A stretch of DNA of 64,000 bases from a virus (IMGVR_UViG_3300017917_003727); one strand, 5' to 3'; shown: positions 27,655 to 38,168, counted from the first letter of the stretch. Numbers and translations: made by a program. The notes: a model not told the origin generated them from the sequence alone.

Positions 27655-28689
27655 TTAAATGTTATCTGAGAAATGTGAGTTATAAATTTCTTTTAAATTG
27701 TTCCAATCAGGATAAACGTAGTCAAGGTAAAGACTTGGTAATCTTGTTTCATCTTTTAAATAGCTTTCCAAACCACCATGATAATCAATTAATCTATTAT
27801 CTTCGTCCCAATAACTTACGTCTGCTATTGAACTTTCTATGGCTTCCTCAAATATTTTATCTGCGTTTACTAAATACTGTTCTTTTGCAACTACAGAACC
27901 ATTATATCTTGTAATATTAATAGTTCTCCATTTTCCTAATTCATTTGGAGAAACTCCAAAATATGCTGCAATTTCACCAATAGTTTTTTCATAAATTTTA
28001 TCAACACTTGCTTGGTCGTGAGCCCAATTAAAAAACCTGTTCATATCATCTTTGAGTTCCTCGAAGTTATCAGATTCACTCAATAATTCGTATAATCCAT
28101 CTCTTTGTGTGATTATTTGATTTAGTCTCTCAGTTGTTAAAATAAATGTGGAAGAATTGCCATCCGCTTCAATAAAAGACTCAATTAAATCATCACTACC
28201 ATTAAATTCAATTTCTTTATTTAGGCCATCTTCTTTTATTTTTTCAATTAATCTTTGTTTGTTTTCAGGTGTTAGGTCATCGACTAAATCACTCCCAATA
28301 TTTTGCATATCTGTATAATAATCGGCATCACCACTTAAAACTGATTCTATATATTTTTGACCTGCAGAATTTCTACCCGAATCAAAGAATTCAGACAACT
28401 CTGAGATGTCATCTAAAATCATGTAATATTTTCCATCTTCTTCAATAACGTCAGATAATTTATCTGAAACGTATTTTTTTACGGCATCTTTACTTACGTT
28501 ATAGTAGTAGTAATTCAAGTATTGGATTGGAAATAATTCAGCTAATGTGGTATCAAACTTTTCTTTACTAGATAGACCCTCATCAATTACATAATTGAAA
28601 AATAACTCACTATCACCATTAAAATATTTTTTAATAATGTCTTTTAATTCCTCAGTGTCACCGTCATTTAAAAGTTCTTCTATGTCCAT
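27655..28689 (-). CDS. Acidic hypothetical protein
   Basis: 344-aa minus-strand ORF, D/E-rich. Confidence 0.4.
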   Translation of the reverse strand: MDIEELLNDGDTEELKDIIKKYFNGDSELFFNYVIDEGLSSKEKFDTTLAELFPIQYLNYYYYNVSKDAVKKYVSDKLSDVIEEDGKYYMILDDISELSEFFDSGRNSAGQKYIESVLSGDADYYTDMQNIGSDLVDDLTPENKQRLIEKIKEDGLNKEIEFNGSDDLIESFIEADGNSSTFILTTERLNQIITQRDGLYELLSESDNFEELKDDMNRFFNWAHDQASVDKIYEKTIGEIAAYFGVSPNELGKWRTINITRYNGSVVAKEQYLVNADKIFEEAIESSIADVSYWDEDNRLIDYHGGLESYLKDETRLPSLYLDYVYPDWNNLKEIYNSHFSDNI

Positions 28690-28753
28690 TACTGTATAAA
28701 TATAAAAAAAGGGAAGATTTTACTTCCCTTTTACAACGCAACCAAATTTTTAT

Positions 28754-28885
28754 TATTTTTTAACAGTCTTTTGATAGTATTTTTCAACTGTCTTTTTAAC
28801 TGCATTTACTACGGCTTCGTTGGTTGCCTGACTAGTTTGAACTGGTTGTGTTGGTTGTTGTGGTTTTTTACATCCGCATCCCATG
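28754..28885 (-). CDS. Small protein (43 aa) with MGCGCKK N-terminus
   Basis: Minus-strand ATG at 28885; followed on the minus strand by a GGGAAGTAAAATCTTCCC hairpin plus T-run; below the ORF-track cutoff. Confidence 0.25.
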
Positions 28886-28976
28886 GTATTGTTACTTAAT
28901 TAAGTTTATTACTATAAATATTGTCTTATGATATATTATATCAACAAACAAATATTTATCAATATAAAATTGTACA

Positions 28977-30776
28977 ATGTCTTTAATTCAAATTATATCA
29001 GAAAGTAGAAAAGATACTTTTACTTCAAAGTTTTCTAACAAGTTCACAACAGAACAATTGGAATCCATTGTTCAAAACTCAGAAAAAATACCAGGACAAA
29101 ACAAATATCTTATGTTTATGGGTAATACAATAAACCCTAAAAACTTCAAAGACGATTTGTCTATTGTTACTAAACTATTAGAAAGGTTTTCATCTGTTGG
29201 AAGTAACTTACCACTCAAAGATATTAATCAGTATAAAAATATTGCTGAACTTAGAAACGCTCTAAATGAATATGACAATAGAGTTAGAAGAGAGATAAAA
29301 ACAGTAGATGATGCAGATGTTGTTTATGAAGACGACACTCTTACTGTTGTAATGCCAAAGACTTATAAAGCTTCATGTCAATTCGGTGCGGGTACAAAAT
29401 GGTGTACAACTTCATCAGACACTTATTTTAGAAGATACAATGAAGAAGCGAAATTGTTTTATTTTATTGATAAAAAAAGACCTACTTCAGACCCATTATA
29501 TAAAGTCGCTTTACTACAAAAATTCAATGGAGACAAGACATACTTTAACGCTAAGGATGATGCGTTCACAACGGGTTGGATATTTGGTTCAGAAAAACTT
29601 GAAAAGATATTAAATCGTATTAACACCTACATAAGAACAACATTCCCTGAAGAACTTAAAATTTGGAATGACAAGGAAGCTGCAGAACAAGAAAGAAGAA
29701 GACTAAGAGCTCAGGAAGAGGCAAGAAGACAGGCCGAGAGATTAGAAGGAATACAACAAAGAAGAGAGGAGGGACACTTTGATTTGGCACAATATCCAAA
29801 TGATAGTGATACCATAAGAGCAAACGCCCTATTCCAACATTTAGTTACTATTGCTGAATTGGATGTAATGTCAGATGAAGACAAAGAAGAACTTCAAAGA
29901 ATGCAAACAAATTTAGAGGAACTAAATACAAGATATGAAAATGGTGAAGAAGACCTTGTAGATGAGATATCTGACTTAGAACAAGAAATACAAGATTTCC
30001 AAAGTAATTATCAAGACATATACGATTTAGTTCCCGAAGGATGGACACACTATGGTCTCCAAGTATTTTCTTTTGATGGCGCTGAATACGCGGTAGGTAG
30101 TGAACGCGAAATGGATGTTGCTGCTTGGGATTATGTGGACAATTTAATTGATGAGATTGGAATTGAAGGATTTAATGCTGGTTTTGTATCAAACTATGTA
30201 AATGACAGTGAGGTTGAAGATTATATTAGAGATTTTTTTGAGAGTGATGTTTATGAAAACCCTGAATCTTATTTAAGTGATGAAGATAGAACATTAAGTG
30301 GTCAACAAGAACAAGAAATCGAAGATTTAAGAAGAGAAGAAAAAGAATTAGAAGCTCAAAGAGACGCACTTGAAACTCAAAAAGACGCACTTGATACTGG
30401 TGATGAAAATTGGGAAGAACAATATGACGCATTTAATGATAAAATTTCTGAAATAGAAGACAGACTTTTAGAAATTCCTGATGAAATTGATGAAATAGAA
30501 AATAATCCTGATGGTGATTATGATACATCAAAATTAGATGATATTGTTGAAGATAGAGTTAGTTGGTATAGTGATAATCCTGAAAGATTTGTGTCTGAAT
30601 ATATTGGAGAAGAATATTCAACATGGGTTATTAATAATAATTTTGTAGATAGAAGTGAATTTATTCAGGGTGTTATTGACTCTGACGGATGGGGAACTTT
30701 GTTAAACCCATATGACGGTACATATGAAGAAGAAACTGTCAATGATAGAAGTTATTACATAGTTAGGGTAAATTAA
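28977..30776 (+). CDS. Hypothetical protein: 'TKWC' paralog domain plus long acidic/charged coiled-coil C-terminal region
   Basis: SCQFGAGTKWCTT...Y...LFYFIDKK block; ERRRLRAQEEARRQAERLE coiled coil; very acidic tail. Confidence 0.45.
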   Translation: MSLIQIISESRKDTFTSKFSNKFTTEQLESIVQNSEKIPGQNKYLMFMGNTINPKNFKDDLSIVTKLLERFSSVGSNLPLKDINQYKNIAELRNALNEYDNRVRREIKTVDDADVVYEDDTLTVVMPKTYKASCQFGAGTKWCTTSSDTYFRRYNEEAKLFYFIDKKRPTSDPLYKVALLQKFNGDKTYFNAKDDAFTTGWIFGSEKLEKILNRINTYIRTTFPEELKIWNDKEAAEQERRRLRAQEEARRQAERLEGIQQRREEGHFDLAQYPNDSDTIRANALFQHLVTIAELDVMSDEDKEELQRMQTNLEELNTRYENGEEDLVDEISDLEQEIQDFQSNYQDIYDLVPEGWTHYGLQVFSFDGAEYAVGSEREMDVAAWDYVDNLIDEIGIEGFNAGFVSNYVNDSEVEDYIRDFFESDVYENPESYLSDEDRTLSGQQEQEIEDLRREEKELEAQRDALETQKDALDTGDENWEEQYDAFNDKISEIEDRLLEIPDEIDEIENNPDGDYDTSKLDDIVEDRVSWYSDNPERFVSEYIGEEYSTWVINNNFVDRSEFIQGVIDSDGWGTLLNPYDGTYEEETVNDRSYYIVRVN

Positions 30777-30814
30777 TATTCATTTTAATATAAAAATGAA
30801 TTAGATTAGGATAT

Positions 30815-31540
30815 ATGAAGACAGATTGGATGATAGATGAGCCGATTGATTTTGAGTACCAAGAGTACAAGATGTTGGCTTATTTTCAAAAAGTATCTCA
30901 AGACTTAGACAATTTTAAACTATATCCACATTTTAGAGATATATCACTTCATTATGCCAATTTTTCAAACTTAAAATCCAAAGACAAATATATTGTTCTG
31001 AGAAGTGAAATGGAAGATGTGGATGATGAAATATTGTTGACTGATTTGGAGTTTGCAGAAATTCCTAAAATGTCACCACAAGAATATTCAGAATATAGAA
31101 CAATAGTTGATTTTGCTGAGGATAAATTTAAAGATTATTTTTTGGTTGCCAAATCTGTTTGGACAATTATATATGAGTCACTGTGGGTTAGTTTGTTAGA
31201 GAATGACGACCAATTAAAAAGAGGTAGAGGATATGTGTTTTTTGATTATGGAGATTTGAACTACCTTTACAGATTCGAGCAAAAACCTTTCAAAAGAAAT
31301 AAAAAAGAAAAAAAAATGACTCTTACACCAATTAAAATAACACAAGAGTCTTTAGATATTCCAAAATTAATTTCAGAGGATAAATACGAAATAAAAAAAC
31401 CAGGACATCCAATATTTGTTATTAAAATTAAGAAGAACACAGATACTTTTGTACCTTTGGAAGAAACAATATTACCACTAATTAAAAGAAGAATTAATTC
31501 TTTTGTTCAACAAGCGAAACCAATTAAAACTTTGAAATAA
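30815..31540 (+). CDS. Hypothetical protein
   Basis: 241-aa ORF. Confidence 0.4.
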   Translation: MKTDWMIDEPIDFEYQEYKMLAYFQKVSQDLDNFKLYPHFRDISLHYANFSNLKSKDKYIVLRSEMEDVDDEILLTDLEFAEIPKMSPQEYSEYRTIVDFAEDKFKDYFLVAKSVWTIIYESLWVSLLENDDQLKRGRGYVFFDYGDLNYLYRFEQKPFKRNKKEKKMTLTPIKITQESLDIPKLISEDKYEIKKPGHPIFVIKIKKNTDTFVPLEETILPLIKRRINSFVQQAKPIKTLK

Positions 31541-31558
31541 TTTTATTATATTTGTACT

Positions 31559-31951
31559 ATGAAACATAGTCAAGAAAACGGAGATAAATCCCGTAACGGT
31601 AATAAATTGGAAAAATATTTTACCGAACAAACTGGGTTGAGTAAGATTAAAAAGACTCAAAAACCAAGTTTTGTTAATTCTTTTGGTAGAAAACAAATAA
31701 TTGATTTTGATTTTCATAAAAATGTTGACGGTGTTGACATTTATATGGATTTAACGACAACATATAGGACTGACAGATTAAAACAAAAAGCTTATAATGC
31801 TGTAATGTACAAAAACAATTTCAAAACACCATGTAAATTTTATATGGTTGTAGGGTCTTTGACAGAACACGGTAAAACAAAAAAACCAATCTTAATTGAG
31901 GGTATTGATGGTGTTGTAGAAATAAGTGATGCAATTAAAATGTTGGTTTGA
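31559..31951 (+). CDS. Hypothetical protein
   Basis: 130-aa ORF preceded by TATATTTG-tact-ATG. Confidence 0.4.
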   Translation: MKHSQENGDKSRNGNKLEKYFTEQTGLSKIKKTQKPSFVNSFGRKQIIDFDFHKNVDGVDIYMDLTTTYRTDRLKQKAYNAVMYKNNFKTPCKFYMVVGSLTEHGKTKKPILIEGIDGVVEISDAIKMLV

Positions 31952-31981
31952 GTTATCAAATAATTTTACTATCTTTGCATT

Positions 31982-32584
31982 ATGAAAGTTATATTCCTTG
32001 ACCACGATGGCGTAATTTGCCTTTCTTCCGAGTGGGGAGGTCGTTTTAAAAAAGAAAAAAAATTTAGAGAAAAAACGGGTGTTGAAAGAAAATTAAGTTC
32101 ACCGCATTACGGACTGCCAGTTGAATGTAGGTTTGACAATTTTAATAAAAAAGCAATTAACGTTCTTAATGAAATTTTAAAAGAAACAGGTGCTGAGATA
32201 GTTGTATCGTCAGATTGGAAAAGATGGGCAAATGTAGAAGAAATGGGTGAATACTATGAGTCACAGGGTATTGTTAAAAAACCAATTGCATTTACAAAAA
32301 GTCTACAAGATTGTACTCATCATAATGAGAAAACGTTTATTTGGTCAAGAGATTGGGACCTTGAACAATCAAGAAGTGTTGAAATCAAACAATACTTAAT
32401 TGACCATCCTGAAATTACACATTGGGTTGCAATTGATGACCTTAATATGGGAAAAACAGGGTTACATTATGGTATGGAATTCGAACACGATTGGGGGTTA
32501 GACAACTTTGTTTACACACCACTTTCAAATGAAGGTATCAAACAAAACGGAGTTAAAGAAAAAATTTTAAAACATTTGTCATGA
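31982..32584 (+). CDS. HAD-superfamily phosphatase (polynucleotide 3'-phosphatase / nucleotidase-like)
   Basis: N-terminal FLDHDGVI (DxDG motif I) and downstream SSDW / IDD acid motifs. Confidence 0.5.
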   Translation: MKVIFLDHDGVICLSSEWGGRFKKEKKFREKTGVERKLSSPHYGLPVECRFDNFNKKAINVLNEILKETGAEIVVSSDWKRWANVEEMGEYYESQGIVKKPIAFTKSLQDCTHHNEKTFIWSRDWDLEQSRSVEIKQYLIDHPEITHWVAIDDLNMGKTGLHYGMEFEHDWGLDNFVYTPLSNEGIKQNGVKEKILKHLS

Positions 32585-32793
32585 AAATAGGAAAAAATAA
32601 ATTTGCATTACGTTTTGTGAAAAACATAAATAAAGAATTTGGTTTTGCTCAATATGAGATATTACCATCACTTACATTCATTAAGACAGAAAAGTATATA
32701 GAAACAGGTGTTACATTACCCATGTATTTACTTTCATTATCATTTTTATGTTATGAAGTTTATTTGGAATTTACACCAAACGATATTGATTAA
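32581..32793 (+). CDS. Small hypothetical protein
   Basis: 70-aa ORF. Confidence 0.3.
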   Translation: MKIGKNKFALRFVKNINKEFGFAQYEILPSLTFIKTEKYIETGVTLPMYLLSLSFLCYEVYLEFTPNDID

Positions 32794-32820
32794 GAAAAAA
32801 CAAACATTTATATTTTTGAT

Positions 32821-33066
32821 ATGAAAACAATAAGGAATACAAAGACAGGAGAAATCAAACGTCTTAACGACAAAGAAGCTCACAAAGCAGTGACATTACA
32901 AGGTTACTTAGGGTGGAGTTATGTTCCAAAAGAAGTGTGGAAGAATGAAGTCAGAGGTCCCGTAGGAAAAAAAGAACAAAACAAAACCAATAATTTAAAA
33001 AATGAAACTGACACCACAACAAGAAAAACTTCTAACGTCAAAACTAAGAAGACCAGTTCACGTTAA
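32821..33066 (+). CDS. Small basic hypothetical protein
   Basis: 81-aa ORF. Confidence 0.3.
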   Translation: MKTIRNTKTGEIKRLNDKEAHKAVTLQGYLGWSYVPKEVWKNEVRGPVGKKEQNKTNNLKNETDTTTRKTSNVKTKKTSSR

Positions 33067-33208
33067 TTACATTGCACATTTATTAAGATGTGAAATTAAT
33101 GAGGCTGAAAACCTGATGTTAGATTGGGTCGAAAAAGGTATTGTAGAAGAATACGACCCGAAAATTGCGAAACAATATTATGTTTTGAAAAATCAAATAA
33201 AACCTTAA
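33002..33208 (+). CDS. Small hypothetical protein (overlaps previous)
   Basis: 68-aa ORF. Confidence 0.25.
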   Translation: MKLTPQQEKLLTSKLRRPVHVNYIAHLLRCEINEAENLMLDWVEKGIVEEYDPKIAKQYYVLKNQIKP

Positions 33209-33215
33209 ATAATTT

Positions 33216-34409
33216 ATGTTAACAAAATTAGAATACGTTTGGTTAGACGGTTATACACCTGAACCAAACCTCAGAAGTAAAGTAAAAGTATGTAGACTTG
33301 ACAGTTGGAGTGTTGAAAGATTGCCCGAATGGTCCTTTGATGGTTCATCAACGAAACAAGCTGAAGGACACTTTTCAGATTGTATTTTGAAACCTGTGAG
33401 AGTTTACGAAAATCCATTAAACAAAGGTACAATTCGTTCTTTGTTGGTACTATGTGAGGTAATGAATCCCGATGGTACGCCACACAGTACAAACACAAGA
33501 GCTAAAATTGGTGAAGAGCAAGAAGATTTGTGGTTTGGTTTTGAACAAGAATATACCATTATGAAAGATGGTAGACCATTGGGTTTCCCTGATAATGGAT
33601 ACCCTGAACCACAAGGTAAATACTATTGTGGCGTTGGTAATGGACAGGTTCATGGTCGTGAGTTTGTAGATAAACACATGGAGTATTGTATCAAAGCGAA
33701 CATTGATATTACAGGTACAAACGCTGAAGTTCTTTTAGGTCAGTGGGAATACCAAGTATTTTCAAAGGGTAAACTTAAAGCTGGAGACGACCTATGGGTG
33801 TCAAGATACATTCTTCAACAAATGTCAGAAGATTACGGATTTAAAATTGAGTTCCATCCAAAACCTGTTCAAGGTGATTGGAATGGTTCAGGACTACATT
33901 GTAACTTCTCAAACAATAGAATGAGAAATGAGGGTGGTGAAGAATACTTCAAAAACATATTTAGAGCTTTTGATGTTAGACATGAATTACACATTGAAAA
34001 TTATGGTTCAGATAATCATCTTCGTTTAACTGGTAAACATGAAACCCAATCAATCGATAAATTCAGTTGGGGGGTTTCAGACAGAGGTTCGTCAATAAGA
34101 GTTCCATTGTCAACAGCTAAAGAGTGGAAAGGATATGTCGAAGACCGCAGACCAGCATCAAATGGTGACCCATATAAAATCGTTAATGTAATTTCAAGTT
34201 CTATTGAGTTTGCAGAAGTATTAGACAAAACAAATTCAAACATTACTAACAACATAGATTTGTTAAATATCTCTAAAAAATACGGTACTTTAACTGATGA
34301 AGAACTTTTGGCGGAATTTGTAAAAGATACTGAATTTGATATGAGTGAAACCATGGCCCACACCAATGAAACAATAACTGAAATTAAGTTTAATCCTGAA
34401 AATAATTAA
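33216..34409 (+). CDS. Glutamine synthetase type II (eukaryote-like GlnII) homologue with C-terminal extension
   Basis: EYVWLDG...LRSKVKV N-terminus, GKYYCGVGNGQVHGREFVDKH, TGTNAEVLLGQWEYQV, FHPKPVQGDWNGSGLHCNFS blocks align to GS-II catalytic motifs. Confidence 0.7.
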   Translation: MLTKLEYVWLDGYTPEPNLRSKVKVCRLDSWSVERLPEWSFDGSSTKQAEGHFSDCILKPVRVYENPLNKGTIRSLLVLCEVMNPDGTPHSTNTRAKIGEEQEDLWFGFEQEYTIMKDGRPLGFPDNGYPEPQGKYYCGVGNGQVHGREFVDKHMEYCIKANIDITGTNAEVLLGQWEYQVFSKGKLKAGDDLWVSRYILQQMSEDYGFKIEFHPKPVQGDWNGSGLHCNFSNNRMRNEGGEEYFKNIFRAFDVRHELHIENYGSDNHLRLTGKHETQSIDKFSWGVSDRGSSIRVPLSTAKEWKGYVEDRRPASNGDPYKIVNVISSSIEFAEVLDKTNSNITNNIDLLNISKKYGTLTDEELLAEFVKDTEFDMSETMAHTNETITEIKFNPENN

Positions 34410-34410
34410 T

Positions 34411-34596
34411 ATGTCAGAAGAAGTTAAAGAAACCGAAAAATGTATCATGTGTGGAATTGATACAGGAATCGTTAAACAAAAACCAATTCAAGATAGACTG
34501 GCATATATCGAAGGTGCTGGCCAAATGTGTAGTAAATGTTTTTTAGATTTTTATAAAAAGGTTCACATAAACGATGACACTAAATCGAAGCCATAA
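34411..34596 (+). CDS. Small zinc-ribbon protein
   Basis: CIMCG ... CSKCF. Confidence 0.35.
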   Translation: MSEEVKETEKCIMCGIDTGIVKQKPIQDRLAYIEGAGQMCSKCFLDFYKKVHINDDTKSKP

Positions 34597-35068
34597 AAGA
34601 ACAATTCTTGTCGGCAAAGCTGGTTCAGGAAAAGACTTTCTTAGAAAAAAATTTGAAGGTCGTGGGTTTAAATATGCAATAAGTTATACCACAAGACCAC
34701 CAAGAGAAGGTGAAGTTCATGGTAAAGACTATTATTTTATATCCGAAGACGAGGCTAAAGTTTTAATTGAGTCAGGATTTTTTTATGAATATGTAATCTT
34801 TAACGGATGGATTTATGGAACATCATTAACACAATTCTACAGTGATGATTTATTCATAATGACACCCAAAGGTATTTCAAGAATAAAAGAAGAAGATAGA
34901 GAAAATTCTTTTATTATTTATCTTGATATTCCAACAAATGTTAGAATTAAAAGATTGGGTAAAAGAGAAATGCCTGGTGATTCATTAAGAAGAAGAATTG
35001 AAGCTGATGAAATAGACTTTGATGATTTTATTGATTATGATTTAAGAATAACAAACCCTGATTTCTAA
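34574..35068 (+). CDS. Guanylate kinase-like nucleoside monophosphate kinase
   Basis: P-loop GKAGSGKD and YTTRPPREGEVHGKDYYF signature. Confidence 0.6.
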   Translation: MTLNRSHKRTILVGKAGSGKDFLRKKFEGRGFKYAISYTTRPPREGEVHGKDYYFISEDEAKVLIESGFFYEYVIFNGWIYGTSLTQFYSDDLFIMTPKGISRIKEEDRENSFIIYLDIPTNVRIKRLGKREMPGDSLRRRIEADEIDFDDFIDYDLRITNPDF

Positions 35069-35934
35069 TGGAAGAACTGAAAGAATATTTAAATAGAATC
35101 ACAGTAGGTAACTGTATAGACGTTATGTCTGACCTACCTCAAAACTCAATTGACTTATTGGTTACATCTCCACCATATAATGTTGGTATTGAATATGACC
35201 AACATGACGATAGGATGAGTATGAACGAATATTGGCAGTTTACTGAAGATTGGTTAAAAGAATCGTTCAGAGTATTAAAAGATGATGGTAGGATTGCTAT
35301 TAATATTCCTTATGAAGTTAACGTACAAGATAGAGGTGGTAGAGTTTTGTTTATGGCTGAGTTTTGGGCAATAATGAAGAAAGTTGGATTTAAATTCTAC
35401 GGTTTAGTAGATTTGAACGAAGATTCTCCTCATAGAAGTAAAACTACGGCTTGGGGTTCTTGGATGTCACCCTCTTCACCATACATTTATAATCCAAAAG
35501 AATGTGTAATCTTGGCCTATAAGAACCTATCTAAAAAGGTCGTTAAAGGAGTTCCACAATGGCAACCTGAGTATGTGGAGAAAGAAGATGGTAAACTAAA
35601 GGCAACATATACTGAAAATGAAAAGAAAGAATTCATGAGTTTGGTTTATGGTCAGTGGGATTATTTTGCCGACACAAAACAAATGACTAAAGCAACATTT
35701 TCTATGGATATACCAACCAAAGCTATTAAAATTTTAACATATAAGGGTGATATTGTTTTAGACCCATTCATGGGTTCAGGAACATCAGCTTTAGCCGCTG
35801 AATTTTTGGGAAGACATTGGATTGGTATTGAGTTAAGTGAATCTTATGTTGAAGTTGCAAATAGGAGAGTTGGTGAATATCGAGCCAAACTATTACAAAC
35901 AAAATTACAATTAGAAGAGGTTAGCAAGTTCTAA
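35068..35934 (+). CDS. DNA methyltransferase (N6-adenine or N4-cytosine, beta class)
   Basis: Catalytic SPPY (LLVTSPPYNVG) precedes AdoMet motif LDPFMGSGTS. Confidence 0.65.
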   Translation: MEELKEYLNRITVGNCIDVMSDLPQNSIDLLVTSPPYNVGIEYDQHDDRMSMNEYWQFTEDWLKESFRVLKDDGRIAINIPYEVNVQDRGGRVLFMAEFWAIMKKVGFKFYGLVDLNEDSPHRSKTTAWGSWMSPSSPYIYNPKECVILAYKNLSKKVVKGVPQWQPEYVEKEDGKLKATYTENEKKEFMSLVYGQWDYFADTKQMTKATFSMDIPTKAIKILTYKGDIVLDPFMGSGTSALAAEFLGRHWIGIELSESYVEVANRRVGEYRAKLLQTKLQLEEVSKF

Positions 35935-35948
35935 CCTCTTTTTTTTTT
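35917..35948 (+). terminator. Rho-independent terminator
   Basis: GAGGTTAG-caagtt-CTAACCTC then T10. Confidence 0.65.
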
Positions 35949-35967
35949 CTACTGAGTATTTATTAGT

Positions 35968-36756
35968 ATGGAAAATGTATCAGAAGTAGTTGCTGGATTA
36001 CAGGAACTTTTTAATCAAGTGAAATACTTTCACTGGCAAACTAAATCATTTGCTCAACACGAAGCATTCGGAAAAGTATTTGACTCTTTATCAGATTTAA
36101 TTGATGAATTTGTTGAAGTCTCAATGGGTAAATACGGTAGACCATCAACCAAAGGTCAAGAATTAGAGATGTTTGACCTAGAAGATGTAGATATAATGGA
36201 TTGGACTTCAGGTGTTGTTGATTACTTAATATCATTTGATGATATTTTAGATGATGTTGAAGATACTGACCTATTGAACATACGTGATGAAATGATGGCA
36301 CAATTTAATAAATTAAAATACCTATTAACGCTTAAGGAAAGTAAAAGAAAAAAAGTAATAAAACTTACTGAGGCTGATTTATATAGAATTGTTAAAAGAG
36401 TTATAACGGAAGAAAATGAAACTGCGAAAAAACAAATTGTTGGTAGTTTAATGTCAACAGATGGTCAATATGTTAATAGAGTAATAAAAAGTCTTGGACA
36501 AAATTTAAAAACAGAATTATTTAGAATTGTTTATGTTAGTGGTAAAGTAATTAGACAAAAGAACAAACAAATTGCATCTAGAGACATGTACATCGATAAA
36601 AACGAAAATTTTATATTTGTTCCTAAATCAAGTATTACCGTCGCTCTCTTCAAAAAGAAAACTGACCCAAAAAATCCTACAGATTATCCTACAGTACAAC
36701 TTAATTTTGGGGCTGACGAATCAGGTAAACTATACGTAGAAGGTGTTGGGGCATAA
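35968..36756 (+). CDS. Hypothetical protein
   Basis: 262-aa ORF. Confidence 0.4.
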   Translation: MENVSEVVAGLQELFNQVKYFHWQTKSFAQHEAFGKVFDSLSDLIDEFVEVSMGKYGRPSTKGQELEMFDLEDVDIMDWTSGVVDYLISFDDILDDVEDTDLLNIRDEMMAQFNKLKYLLTLKESKRKKVIKLTEADLYRIVKRVITEENETAKKQIVGSLMSTDGQYVNRVIKSLGQNLKTELFRIVYVSGKVIRQKNKQIASRDMYIDKNENFIFVPKSSITVALFKKKTDPKNPTDYPTVQLNFGADESGKLYVEGVGA

Positions 36757-38168
36757 TGGGAAAAACACTAATTAGGGAATCGGGAATTAGAGAAATTAAG
36801 GAACTAGCAAAAAGATATCCTAAAGCTAGAATATATTTTCACCAAGATTTGGATGGTGTTACCACCGCAATTGCAATGAAAAAATATCTTGAATCTAATG
36901 GTATCCAAGTTTCTGGTGTTGAAGTTATACAATATGGTGAAAGAGAATTTGCAATTAGTAAAGTAGATGCTGAAGGTGATACAATGCCAGTTTTAGTTGA
37001 TTTTGCACACGGTAAACCAATGTTCAAAATACATACCGACCACCATGATACTCAAGTAGGTGCTGGCGATACAAAGGCAACATCATTTAAAGAATCACCA
37101 TCAAACGTTAGAACAATTTCACAAGTATTATCACCACGTGATATATTCACAGATACCGATATTAATCTAATATCAACCGTAGACTCGGCTAAATTTAAGG
37201 GATTAAAACCTAAAGATATTATGAATTTTGTTTTCAGACTAGACAAAGAAGCTGGTTTGGAAAAAAACAAATTTGCTATGGGTTTAGTTGCTAACAAACT
37301 TCTTTTAGCGTATAAAAACAAAAAAGGTTTTTTGGAATACTTGGTTATGAATTCTGCACCATCCCTATATTCAATATTAAATAATATTAAAAAATACGCA
37401 CAGGAAAATAATCTATTATCTGTTGATGATATGATTAAAAACCAAGAAAAATATATTGAACAACAAAGAACCAGTGAAGACATAAAGTATGATGATGGTA
37501 TTATAGTACAATATGGTACGGGTTACTTAAGAACTGGTTCATATGATAGATACACACCATTTGAATTACACCCTGATGCTGACTTCTTGGTTATATCATA
37601 CCTCAATGGTATGGTTCAATCATCGTGTAACCCATTTAAAGAAAACAGGGCTTTACCTGGTATTAATTTAAAAAAAATCGCTGATGATGTATTGGAATCG
37701 GGAAGGTCTTGGTTTGAATCTAAGATTGTTCCTATCACAACAATTAAATGGGTTAGTGAAAGTGCTGCAGAAGCCGCGACTTCTGTTGGTTTTACTAGCA
37801 AAGATTTGGAAGCTTTTTATCCTCAAATTGTTACAAAAATTAAAAAAGCAGGTGAAAATGTTTGGGAAATATTTAGTAAGATTATGGACAAACCATATTC
37901 TTTATTAACTGAAAATGAATTAACAGTTTTAGATAGATTTGGGATACCACTTTGGGACATTATTAAAACTAACTCAGGTGGACACAGATGTATTACTAAT
38001 ATATCTGGTTTGAATTACTATGGTAGAGCAAGAAGAAGACCTGTGAAAACTTCATACAAGAGAGTAAAAGATGAAAATGATGAAGGTACTCCATATATTA
38101 GATTGATTAAAAATATACAACAACAATTTGCTGATAAGCTAAGAGAAGAAGTTAAATCGTCAACTTAA
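36756..38168 (+). CDS. DHH/DHHA1-family phosphoesterase (NrnA/RecJ-like)
   Basis: HQDLDG, HTDHHD and C-terminal SGGH motifs. Confidence 0.55.
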   Translation: MGKTLIRESGIREIKELAKRYPKARIYFHQDLDGVTTAIAMKKYLESNGIQVSGVEVIQYGEREFAISKVDAEGDTMPVLVDFAHGKPMFKIHTDHHDTQVGAGDTKATSFKESPSNVRTISQVLSPRDIFTDTDINLISTVDSAKFKGLKPKDIMNFVFRLDKEAGLEKNKFAMGLVANKLLLAYKNKKGFLEYLVMNSAPSLYSILNNIKKYAQENNLLSVDDMIKNQEKYIEQQRTSEDIKYDDGIIVQYGTGYLRTGSYDRYTPFELHPDADFLVISYLNGMVQSSCNPFKENRALPGINLKKIADDVLESGRSWFESKIVPITTIKWVSESAAEAATSVGFTSKDLEAFYPQIVTKIKKAGENVWEIFSKIMDKPYSLLTENELTVLDRFGIPLWDIIKTNSGGHRCITNISGLNYYGRARRRPVKTSYKRVKDENDEGTPYIRLIKNIQQQFADKLREEVKSST

